A stretch of 38,709 bases of DNA from Fibrobacterales bacterium. GTDB lineage: Bacteria > Fibrobacterota > Fibrobacteria > Fibrobacterales > JAOPTW01. The position numbers and the translations under genes are program-made. Each line of letters starts with the position of its first letter. The stretch's first letter is position 1. A model generated the notes under the pieces. The model searched no databases. It was not told the origin of the DNA and saw only the letters and a list, made by a program, of their open reading frames with translations. Location: assembly GCA_051532035.1 (NCBI GenBank), contig JAOPTW010000051.1, positions 1 through 38,709 of the forward strand, written 5' to 3'. This document shows, piece by piece, positions 1 through 9,282 of the stretch.

Positions 1-3000
1 ACTCCTTTACAGGTTTAGTAGTAACACCAGTACTTGATTTTGTAGGTCAACTAGAAGTACCGGTCACGGTCAAAGATTCCTCAGGTGCCGAGAGTGGCAT
101 GAAGTTACTCTTAATAAATGTAACGCCTATCAATGATGCTCCTGTTTTAGTATCAACGAATTTATTAGAAACCGAAGAAGAAACTGCCATAACTGTAACA
201 ACTTCAGATATGACGGTAACCGATATTGATAATACGAACTTTTCCATTCATCTTCAGGCAGGCGCTGATTATACGTTTACAGGTTTAGTAGTAACACCAG
301 TACTTGATTTTGTAGGTCAACTAGAAGTACCGGTGACAGTCAAAGATTCCTCAGGTGCCGAGAGTGGCATGAAGTTACTCTTAATAAATGTAACACAAAT
401 TAATGACAAACCCGTTATAGATTCAACAGATTCTCTCAAAGTTAATGAGGATCACTCTGTTACTATTCACTTGACTGACCTGAATGTTACCGATGTAGAT
501 GGGGGGCACGTGTATCCAACGGGCTTCACTCTTGATGTACACCCAGGAAACAACTATTCAGTTGCTGGCACTGTTGTTACCCCTGCTTTACACTTCAATG
601 ATTCGCTCTTGGTTAAGGTTACGGTAACTGACCCTGATTTGTTAGAGAGTGATACAATGGAAGTGTTTGTTGATGTTTTTCCAGTGAACGATGCGCCAAG
701 TTTTACAGTTGATAATGCCATAAATATTAAAGAGGATGAAGGGCCTATAACGTGGGAATTATCAAATATATTTGAAGGCCCGCATCAAAATGAGTATGAG
801 CAAAGACTTAGATTTGTTATAACATCGACAAATGGAGCGAGCTGGTATACTACTGAACCAAAAAATTATTTATTTAATGGCGACTCAACAGGGGCAACTT
901 TTACATTTGAAGTTGGCCCAAATGTTGTAGGAGAAGATATACTCACTATTACTCTTATTGATGATGCTGGTACAGATTCATCTGGTGTTGATAGATATGT
1001 GCGAACAGTTCCAATTGTCGTGAGTGCCCAAAATGACCCACCTGTTGTTGACACAGTATATGCAATCTCTATTTTAGAGGATGATAGTATTCCTATTATA
1101 ATGGGTGACCATTTCGAGGCAAGCGATGTAGATTTGCCTGCTGATAGCCTTAGTTTTACGCTGATAGATTCTACTCACTATTCTATTCAAGGGAATACTG
1201 TTGTACCTGACTCAAATTATTTTGGTCCTCTTGTAGTACGGTTTGTTGTAAGTGATAATGTTGGGGGTTCTGTGAGTGACACATTGAATATCGAAGTACT
1301 CCCTGTGAATGATGAACCATTCTTTACCGTTCAAGATAGCTTGGTGCGAGATGAAGATAAAGGGCTCGATACTTTAGTGCTGTATAATGTTGATGCAGGT
1401 GGCGGAGAAACTCAGCCTTTGGGCTTTTCTATTCTTAATTCCGGCACTGGGTTAATCTATGCCCAGAACCCAAAATTCAAAATATCTAATGATAGCACCT
1501 ATATGATATTTGAAGTCGCTGCAAACTCCTATGGTTCAGAAGTGGTAACAATTGTCTTGGATGATTCAACTACTGCTGATAATGGAGGTGATTCTCTGTT
1601 TACCTATGATGTTAAAATAGTGTATAAAGCAGTAAATGATACGATTGATATTATAGGTCAAGATAGTATATGGGTTTTAGAAGATAGTTTGATTTTTCTT
1701 ACCCCAGACTCATTTAATATTGTCGATGTAGATAGTGACACTTCTGGTTTTGTGTTGAGTTTAATTGACAATTCGCTTGATTACGAAATTGATGGCGACT
1801 CTATAAAACCAACTGCAAATTTTAATGGTAAACTATATGTACCTGTGATAATTAATGATGGTGGTGATAGTAGTGGTGTCGGCAATAGTGCTACAGCAGA
1901 TACGATCATAGCAGTTGTTCATGTTATACCGGTTAATGACAAACCATCATTTAGTATGCCTAATGTGCTTTCAATTTCAGAAGATACCATACAGATAGAG
2001 TTAGAAATTACAAATATTACTGCAGGTCCTAATGAACAAGGACAAAAATTAGGGTTCACCTTAGGGGCAAATCCTGTTGGCTTTTATAGTAAACCACCTG
2101 AAATTATCTATACACAAGGTGCATCTACTGCAAAATTGATATTCCACGTAGCTCCAAATAAAAATGGTAAAGATACTATTGAAGTGACACTCATGGATTC
2201 TGTGATGAATAGCTTGACTCATGTGGAGACTCTTATACTAGATGTTGACTCTCTTAATGACAATCCTGTTGTCGACAGTACTCATGCCCTGTTTGTTAAT
2301 GAAGATGATAGTGTTGTGGTACCAAGGGATTCACTATTTGTAACTGATGTTGAACATACTTGGTCAACAGGCTTTACTCTTACTTTAATTAATGGGAATA
2401 ATTATACTGTAAATACTACAACGTCGACAGTCATACCACACGATGATTTTTATGGTAGTCTCGACGTTGAGTTTTATGTAACTGATCCCGATGGTGGAAA
2501 TAGTGCTCAAACAACCATTAAAGTTCATGTTGCCCCAATAAATGATAGCGTTTATTTTACTCCTCCAGGTGACACAATTAAATTGGATGAAGATCATCTC
2601 GTACAAACGACTTTTCTTACCAGTATCCATGAAGGTTTAGATTACGATTCACTTCACTATGATGAGCGAAACCAAGATGTTGCATTTGGTCTCACTGTGA
2701 GAGATAGTACATTATATGATTCTATCCCTACTATAGCATATGTCCAGGATGCAGCAGTGGCAACAATTTATTTTAAAACTGTTGCCGATTGGAATGGTAC
2801 TGATGTATGGTATATTACTGCAACTGATTCATTTGATCAAAATGGCAATGCTGTTGATGCACCGACAGAGTATCTCGATTCGATAGTCATTAATGTAGCA
2901 GCTGTAAATGACAGTGCTGTAATCGTAGCGGTCAATCCAAATACGGTATTAGAGGATGATACTCTACATTTTGATAAATCGCAGATAACATTTTATGATA

Positions 3001-6000
3001 TAGATAATAATGATACTACAGAGGTGAGTATCAGGTTTAATCCAGGATCTAATTTTACAATTGAAAATGATACTGTAGTTATTCCTGATCCAGATTTTTT
3101 TGGTACTCTCTATCTTGATGGTGAATTATTTGATGGGACTGATAAAAGTGTGTTTAATTGTACAGTAATTGTTCATCCAGTAAATGACCAACCCGATTTT
3201 TCTATGGTTTTCACTGATAACATTGTGGAAGACTCAACTGAGGTTACACTAAACATTTCTGAACTTTTTAAAGGCAATGGGAGTTCCGATACTTTAGAGT
3301 TTACACAAATTCCTAGTTTTACAATTGATTCTAAAGGGACTGCCTTTTATGAGATTGAACCATATGTACACTCAATTGCAGACTCAACTGCTAAAGTTTC
3401 TTACAAAGTTAAGCCAGATTTCTTTGGAATAGATACTTGGACTATATATTTGAAGGATGGAGGGGATACCATTAACGGGGGTGTTGATACGATCTCTAAA
3501 TCCTTTGATTTAACAGTCAGGCCAGTTAACGATGCCCCAACTATGAACTTGTTGAGTAAAATTGATATTGATGAAGATGGACCACAGTATGATACTATTA
3601 TTGCTAATGGTGTTACTGCAGGACCATCAAATGAATCAAATCAATATGTTGGAATGATATTAACTCTTACAGGTACACTTGATTCGAGCTTTTATACTGT
3701 CTACCCAACATTAAGATTGAATAGCGGCCAGGATTCAACCTTTAGTATTATTTTTCGGGTAGCACCCAATAGAACAGGAACAGATTACTTGACAATTATG
3801 CTTCAAGATGCTGCGGGGCGAACTGATGGTGGCGATAATGATACGACAGGCATTATTCAAATAGAAGTTGGGGGTGTCAATGACGCCCCGGTAAAACAGA
3901 GCCAAGATTCAATTTACGTATTTGAGGATAATTCAGTTAGGATTACTACAGATTCTTTGACGATCATTGATCCTGATAATGATTCAGCAGATATTCGGTT
4001 AGAGTTTATTGATAGTCTCGGCTACTCAGTGAGTGATTCAACTGTTATTACTCCGGATCCTGATGTGTTTGGAACTTTAATTGTGTATGTAAATATTCAT
4101 GATAAGGATACCACAACATTTGATAGTATTTTAGTCCACGTTCTCCCCGTAAATGATGCTCCAACATTCACCATGGATACACTACTCACAGTATTCGAAG
4201 ACATTGGTCTTGTTGGTGGCGATTCACTCTGGGCCAAAAGTATAAGCCCAGGGCCACTAGAAATTGATTCAGTCTGGTTTAATGTTACCGGCATTAATGT
4301 GTCCTTATATGATTCTATACCAACTATTGACTCTGACGGGAATATCAGCTTTAAAACAAAAGCTAATATAAATGGCCGAGACACCATTTGGATACAAGCT
4401 CTAGATGATGGGTTGACTCGAACTAACAACTTCGGTATCGACACGAGTGCCTATCAGCAATTAATTCTTGAGTTCTTATCGGTGAATGATAAACCAACGA
4501 TTATTACGATTAAATCACTTTCGGTTCTCGAAGATGATACTCTTGTCATTCGTAAGAGCGACATAACGGTTAGCGATAATGATAGTGGTGATGACTTTAC
4601 CATAATACTCAAAGATGGGACTAATCATACTGTTACAGATTCACTCTTTATTCCTACTGCAAACTTTTATCACGATATATGGACTGATATTAGAGTTACG
4701 GATGGCATAGATACGAGTACATCTTATGGTATAGTAGTGGATGTAATACCAGTAAATGATGCACCATCTTTTGATATGGGCTCCCAATATACTGTTGGAG
4801 AAGATGCTGGCCGTATCCGTATTCAATGGATTACTAATATATCGAGTGGTCCCCTGGAAGCTGATCGTGTTGATTTTCATCTAACCGTATCTGACCTATC
4901 ACTCTTTGATATAGAACCTTATATTAATAGAGCAGGGGTACTCACCTTTAAAAGTGACACTAATGTGACTGGCTCGGTAACGATCGATATCTATGCAGAG
5001 GATAATGGTGGTTTGGCAAATGGTGGAGTTAATAGAAGTGGAGTTCAATCCATGACTCTTCGAATCACTTCATCTAATGATCGTCCATACTTAACACTGG
5101 TAGATACTCTCTTTGTTTTAGAAGATTCATCAATTGTTATTGATGGTGATACACTTGAAGTTCGTGATGTTGATAGTGACTCTTCAGATGTTATCGTTAT
5201 AGTATACGACACTCTCTGGAATTATGAATATGAGGATATTTTAGATCCAAGTACTATTGATTATTCGGTAATTGATACTAACGTGAGTTACGATACCATC
5301 ATCACGGTAACTTATGACACTCTTATAAATGTCAATCCTATCGATACCATAATTACGACACATCGTGATACGAGTTATGAAAAACAAACACGTATACCAA
5401 TTGATACTAATGATTATTGGAAACGGGGTAATACTGTTTTTCCAAATGAGGATTATAACGGCGATATGTATGTACGGTTACGAGCATATGATGGCGTTCA
5501 TTATAGTAAGTACCATTATGATCAACTTGTATATGTAATACCAGTGAATGACCTTCCTGTTATTACCCAAGACTCATTTAATATTTTTGAAAATACCACG
5601 GGTACTATTCAATCTATCCCTGTAACTGATGTAGATGATTCACTATTTGCAATTGCTGTTGTAGATACCAGTTCTCCATTTTATATAACCGAAGATGGTG
5701 AACTCTCTATTAAAGATGGTCGTGGTTTAGATTTTGAAACAAAACGTATTCATTCTGTAATCGTGACCATTGATGACGCGAAGGATTCAATAGATATCGT
5801 TTTTGACACGCTTAAAGTATCGGTTGAAAATATCTATGAGAAGGTGAATCTTGTTATTGACTCGGTAATGATCGACTCAGTGATTTACCCTGGTGAGGGA
5901 ACTAAAATCTTTACTAATAGCGATTCAGTGTTTGTTTATTATACGGTTGATGGCATCGAGAAATCTGATTGGAGTTCTATTGACCCTATGGCAGAGGATA

Positions 6001-7457
6001 CGAATTCTTTCAAAATTATTGAAGTAGATAGATGGCATAGTGATGAGACAAAGGATGAGCTGGGAGCAGATACTGCTTTGGTACATTGGAGTAAGTCAGT
6101 TCCTGAGATCATTGTTGAGGGCATCACAGAGCCTCTTGACACAATATACACGAATGATATCAATTATACTATTCGTGCAGTGATTAAAACTCTCGATTCA
6201 AACTTTCGCACTCAATCTGAAATATTTTCATATAAACCAGACCTGACGGAAGGGATTTTTACTCCAATGGGAGTTGATACTGCTGATATCTATGGTAATT
6301 ATACTAATGTACCATTCATAATCATTCTTGATACAACAGCCCCTAAAGTAGATGTTGTCAGTCCAAGAGATAGTTCAGGGCTCCATCAGTTTCAAACAAG
6401 GGTTGATTGGACTATTGATGGCTTTTATCAAGATACCTTGAATCTTGATACGGTTGATGTAGGGTATAGAGTTATTACTCGCTGTGCTACTGATAGAGCA
6501 GGAAATCTGGGTTGTGATTCGTCGGAAGTCTATGTAGACTTCAACAGTGTTGAGCTCGTTATGGATGTTGAGAATGACATGGTTGATGGGCGCAATCCGA
6601 ACCGTATTCCTATGGACAGAATGATCGCCAATGGTGATTTTGATTCTGATGAAAGTCATATTGGGGTGTCCATTGTTGACTACTCTCGTAATGAAGAGGT
6701 AGAGATATTCTCGGGTCCTAAAGGTAATCTTGTCGCAGTACAGAGAGATATTGGTGGGATCGCGAGTTTTAATGAAACAATGGCTCAAGGCTACTTCGAA
6801 TTTAGTGATTCAATTGTTGCAGCAGGAGAAGTAGCTCCAGATGATAGGTCAGAGATTAGTCGACGCTATGAGCAGTATAAGTCTTCTTTTACCCCAGATA
6901 GAAATAAATCGGCGAACCATGTTGGGCCAACACTCCTTCTTGAAATCAGTGTTCCTCATATGGGTGGGAACTCTTATGGTGATGGTTCGGAACGGGGTGG
7001 TTTACGGCAGGTGGTTCCAAAGACGATTGGTCCAAATGGCGAGGTTATTTTGGATAGTGCAAATGCATCATGGGAACCGATCTACTTTGCGACGGTAGAT
7101 ATTGAAGTCTATTATTATGATCCAATTGGGCAGTTTGTTGATCATTTTACAGTTCCTAAAGTGAAAATAATTAAACCAGAAAATATTAATGATAATGGAA
7201 GGGCATCTGTTCGATTTGAGACAAAACCGACGGATGAAGGTCTAAAGAATAGTCAAGGAATACAATACGCGACGGGCGTCTATCTCGTGAGTGCTGAGAC
7301 CAAGGTTGTTGTCTATAAATATAAAGAAGCATCATTGCCAGCAGATGTAGAAGCCGAGACTAATGCATACTATAATCATGGTGAGAGAGAGTCAACGAGC
7401 TCTGAGTATCTTCTTGGTAAATGGGGATATATACATTCAAATGGTTGGATGCACTAA
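1..7457 (+). CDS. Giant Ig-like/cadherin-repeat (tandem NDxP repeat) surface adhesin, 5'-truncated by the window edge
   Basis: Frame is open from the window start (SFTGLVVTPVLDFVGQ... precedes the Met at 99). About 17 Ig-like repeats anchored by (V/I)ND(A/K)P...ED, one cadherin-like repeat (LDFETKRIHSVIV), and a C-terminal domain with YYDPIGQFV...ATGVYLV. Confidence 0.9.
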   Translation, partial: SFTGLVVTPVLDFVGQLEVPVTVKDSSGAESGMKLLLINVTPINDAPVLVSTNLLETEEETAITVTTSDMTVTDIDNTNFSIHLQAGADYTFTGLVVTPVLDFVGQLEVPVTVKDSSGAESGMKLLLINVTQINDKPVIDSTDSLKVNEDHSVTIHLTDLNVTDVDGGHVYPTGFTLDVHPGNNYSVAGTVVTPALHFNDSLLVKVTVTDPDLLESDTMEVFVDVFPVNDAPSFTVDNAINIKEDEGPITWELSNIFEGPHQNEYEQRLRFVITSTNGASWYTTEPKNYLFNGDSTGATFTFEVGPNVVGEDILTITLIDDAGTDSSGVDRYVRTVPIVVSAQNDPPVVDTVYAISILEDDSIPIIMGDHFEASDVDLPADSLSFTLIDSTHYSIQGNTVVPDSNYFGPLVVRFVVSDNVGGSVSDTLNIEVLPVNDEPFFTVQDSLVRDEDKGLDTLVLYNVDAGGGETQPLGFSILNSGTGLIYAQNPKFKISNDSTYMIFEVAANSYGSEVVTIVLDDSTTADNGGDSLFTYDVKIVYKAVNDTIDIIGQDSIWVLEDSLIFLTPDSFNIVDVDSDTSGFVLSLIDNSLDYEIDGDSIKPTANFNGKLYVPVIINDGGDSSGVGNSATADTIIAVVHVIPVNDKPSFSMPNVLSISEDTIQIELEITNITAGPNEQGQKLGFTLGANPVGFYSKPPEIIYTQGASTAKLIFHVAPNKNGKDTIEVTLMDSVMNSLTHVETLILDVDSLNDNPVVDSTHALFVNEDDSVVVPRDSLFVTDVEHTWSTGFTLTLINGNNYTVNTTTSTVIPHDDFYGSLDVEFYVTDPDGGNSAQTTIKVHVAPINDSVYFTPPGDTIKLDEDHLVQTTFLTSIHEGLDYDSLHYDERNQDVAFGLTVRDSTLYDSIPTIAYVQDAAVATIYFKTVADWNGTDVWYITATDSFDQNGNAVDAPTEYLDSIVINVAAVNDSAVIVAVNPNTVLEDDTLHFDKSQITFYDIDNNDTTEVSIRFNPGSNFTIENDTVVIPDPDFFGTLYLDGELFDGTDKSVFNCTVIVHPVNDQPDFSMVFTDNIVEDSTEVTLNISELFKGNGSSDTLEFTQIPSFTIDSKGTAFYEIEPYVHSIADSTAKVSYKVKPDFFGIDTWTIYLKDGGDTINGGVDTISKSFDLTVRPVNDAPTMNLLSKIDIDEDGPQYDTIIANGVTAGPSNESNQYVGMILTLTGTLDSSFYTVYPTLRLNSGQDSTFSIIFRVAPNRTGTDYLTIMLQDAAGRTDGGDNDTTGIIQIEVGGVNDAPVKQSQDSIYVFEDNSVRITTDSLTIIDPDNDSADIRLEFIDSLGYSVSDSTVITPDPDVFGTLIVYVNIHDKDTTTFDSILVHVLPVNDAPTFTMDTLLTVFEDIGLVGGDSLWAKSISPGPLEIDSVWFNVTGINVSLYDSIPTIDSDGNISFKTKANINGRDTIWIQALDDGLTRTNNFGIDTSAYQQLILEFLSVNDKPTIITIKSLSVLEDDTLVIRKSDITVSDNDSGDDFTIILKDGTNHTVTDSLFIPTANFYHDIWTDIRVTDGIDTSTSYGIVVDVIPVNDAPSFDMGSQYTVGEDAGRIRIQWITNISSGPLEADRVDFHLTVSDLSLFDIEPYINRAGVLTFKSDTNVTGSVTIDIYAEDNGGLANGGVNRSGVQSMTLRITSSNDRPYLTLVDTLFVLEDSSIVIDGDTLEVRDVDSDSSDVIVIVYDTLWNYEYEDILDPSTIDYSVIDTNVSYDTIITVTYDTLINVNPIDTIITTHRDTSYEKQTRIPIDTNDYWKRGNTVFPNEDYNGDMYVRLRAYDGVHYSKYHYDQLVYVIPVNDLPVITQDSFNIFENTTGTIQSIPVTDVDDSLFAIAVVDTSSPFYITEDGELSIKDGRGLDFETKRIHSVIVTIDDAKDSIDIVFDTLKVSVENIYEKVNLVIDSVMIDSVIYPGEGTKIFTNSDSVFVYYTVDGIEKSDWSSIDPMAEDTNSFKIIEVDRWHSDETKDELGADTALVHWSKSVPEIIVEGITEPLDTIYTNDINYTIRAVIKTLDSNFRTQSEIFSYKPDLTEGIFTPMGVDTADIYGNYTNVPFIIILDTTAPKVDVVSPRDSSGLHQFQTRVDWTIDGFYQDTLNLDTVDVGYRVITRCATDRAGNLGCDSSEVYVDFNSVELVMDVENDMVDGRNPNRIPMDRMIANGDFDSDESHIGVSIVDYSRNEEVEIFSGPKGNLVAVQRDIGGIASFNETMAQGYFEFSDSIVAAGEVAPDDRSEISRRYEQYKSSFTPDRNKSANHVGPTLLLEISVPHMGGNSYGDGSERGGLRQVVPKTIGPNGEVILDSANASWEPIYFATVDIEVYYYDPIGQFVDHFTVPKVKIIKPENINDNGRASVRFETKPTDEGLKNSQGIQYATGVYLVSAETKVVVYKYKEASLPADVEAETNAYYNHGERESTSSEYLLGKWGYIHSNGWMH
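6..394 (+). repeat. Near-identical intragenic direct repeat, 270-bp period
   Basis: 6-124 and 276-394 are identical except two synonymous changes (gtcacg vs gtgaca). Confidence 0.95.
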
Positions 7458-7509
7458 TTGAATTGGATGTAGATATTGTATAATATAGGGATCCCTTGTG
7501 GGGCCCATT

Positions 7510-7542
7510 AAAAAAGACCTCTTGTGAAAGAGGTCTTTTTTT
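7510..7542 (+). terminator. Intrinsic terminator (bidirectional type)
   Basis: AAAAAAGACCTCTT-gtga-AAGAGGTCTTTTTTT downstream of the adhesin stop. Confidence 0.9.
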
Positions 7543-7743
7543 GAATAGATTATGCTGTGTATGAGCATCGTTTATCTGAATTCAGACTAAAAGACCCATC
7601 TCAGTATTGTTTTTATTTTGTCTTATAGGTCAAGCTTATTGTGCACCTCAAAATATGTGGGACCTTGATAAAGTAATTCTGGTTAAAAAAATAAAAATAC
7701 AGTATCATGTCTATATAAAGAAGACTCCACCATTAAGGTCATC

Positions 7744-7902
7744 ATGAAATTTCTACTCCTACTCATTGTAATACTCGGCGTATTTACCACACCACTTACC
7801 GCTAAAAAATATACAGTAAGAGTTGAAAATCAGAAATCTCTCCCTTATGATACTGCAGAGAAGACAGTCGATGCCTTGAAAGTCAAACACAATATAGAGT
7901 AA
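7744..7902 (+). pseudogene. 52-aa internally deleted remnant of a solute-binding-protein paralog
   Basis: MKFLLLLIVILGVFTTPLTA-KKYTVRVENQKSLPY...VDALKVKHNIE*: signal peptide, N-terminus resembling KRVFTVGVEELDYLPF and C-terminus resembling IKSLYSKYGVRE of the next gene. Confidence 0.6.
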
Positions 7903-7906
7903 TGAT

Positions 7907-8665
7907 GTGAGTCGCCCAATTATTATATTCATTGTTTCGGTACTAGTATCTATAGGTATGAGTGCTGAAACAAAACGTGTTTTTACTGTTGGGGTTGAAG
8001 AGCTTGATTATCTGCCCTTTTATAGTAGCCCCGGTGGAGTATATAGTGGTTTTGGTCGTGATATCCTCGATAAGTTTTCTGAAGATGCAGGGGTACAGTT
8101 TGTATACAAACCGATGCCCATTAAAAGACTCTATAGAAATTTAACAGAAGGGCATATCGATTTTAAATTCCCTGATTCCCCCTATTGGGGAAGTGATTTT
8201 AAAAAAGGTACTATTGTCTCATATTCTGAAACTGTAATAGAGTATCTTGATGGGGTGTTAGTAAAGCCATCTCGAAAGGGAATGGGCCTAGATAGCCTTG
8301 CCATAGTAGGGACTCTTCTGGGGTTTACCCCAGAAGCTTTACAGAAGTATATCGATAAAGGGAAAGTGTCAATTACTCATAACCCAAGCTTTAGTGGACT
8401 GTTGCATATGGTATTACATAATCGTATCGATGGGGCTTATGTAAACCCTGTTGCATCACAATATATTTTGGCAAATCAACTTAAAGAGCCGGATTCACTT
8501 CTGGTATTCGATCCAGAACTTCCATATATTAAAGGGTCGTTTTTGCTATCAACAGTAAAATACAAAGAGATGATTGTAAAAATGAATCGTTGGCTTACAC
8601 TTAATCAAAAATTCATAAAATCTCTTTATAGTAAATATGGGGTTAGAGAGATAGATGTGCCCTAG
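7907..8665 (+). CDS. Orphan periplasmic solute-binding protein (amino-acid-type, family 3-like)
   Basis: Signal peptide, YLPFY, GxGRDIL, MPIKRL, GTLLGF and RIDGAY motifs; no permease or ATPase nearby. Confidence 0.8.
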   Translation: MSRPIIIFIVSVLVSIGMSAETKRVFTVGVEELDYLPFYSSPGGVYSGFGRDILDKFSEDAGVQFVYKPMPIKRLYRNLTEGHIDFKFPDSPYWGSDFKKGTIVSYSETVIEYLDGVLVKPSRKGMGLDSLAIVGTLLGFTPEALQKYIDKGKVSITHNPSFSGLLHMVLHNRIDGAYVNPVASQYILANQLKEPDSLLVFDPELPYIKGSFLLSTVKYKEMIVKMNRWLTLNQKFIKSLYSKYGVREIDVP

Positions 8666-8703
8666 AATTGTATTGCTCTTTATGTGAGCACAGTGGTGTT
8701 CTA

Positions 8704-9174
8704 TTAGTACTCTTGTCTATTGTTGTTATTGACCCACTGTGTAAATACACTTTTCCCTTGTTCTCTTAAATGCTGTGATGCGTTCAATGAACGCTTCTCC
8801 CATGAAAGGGCTACTTCGGAATAGAGTCGTGAATCATCAAATCCAGCGGCCGAAGCATCCTCTGCTGAAGAGGCGTAGTAGAGAGTATCTATGCGCGACC
8901 AGTAAATAGCAGAAAGACACATGGGGCATGGTTCACAGGATGCATAAATCTCAGAACCCGTTAATTCGTGTGTGCTCAATTTTTGAGCTGCATTACGAAT
9001 TGCAACAACCTCGGCGTGAGCAGTGGGGTCGTGAGAGGCAACGACACTGTTCCAGCCTTCGGCAATGATAGCGTCGTCTTTAACAATGACCGCTCCAAAA
9101 GGGCCATGGGTGCCATCTGCAGAGTGGAGTTGGGCAAGCTCGATAGATCTCTCTAAAAATATTTTTTGAAACAT
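8704..9174 (-). CDS. guaD: Guanine/nucleoside deaminase (cytidine-deaminase fold, B. subtilis GuaD-like)
   Basis: GPFGAVIV, HDPTAHAE, CEPCPMCLSAIYW and AGFDD motifs. Confidence 0.85.
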   Translation of the reverse strand: MFQKIFLERSIELAQLHSADGTHGPFGAVIVKDDAIIAEGWNSVVASHDPTAHAEVVAIRNAAQKLSTHELTGSEIYASCEPCPMCLSAIYWSRIDTLYYASSAEDASAAGFDDSRLYSEVALSWEKRSLNASQHLREQGKSVFTQWVNNNNRQEY

Positions 9175-9282
9175 ATGTTACGACAATGGTGCAAAGAGTG
9201 ATTTATTATTAAAATAATTTAATTAGTACTTAGGAGGCATAAAAGAAAATAATTTCGAGAACTTATTGTGTCGGCAGAGTGC

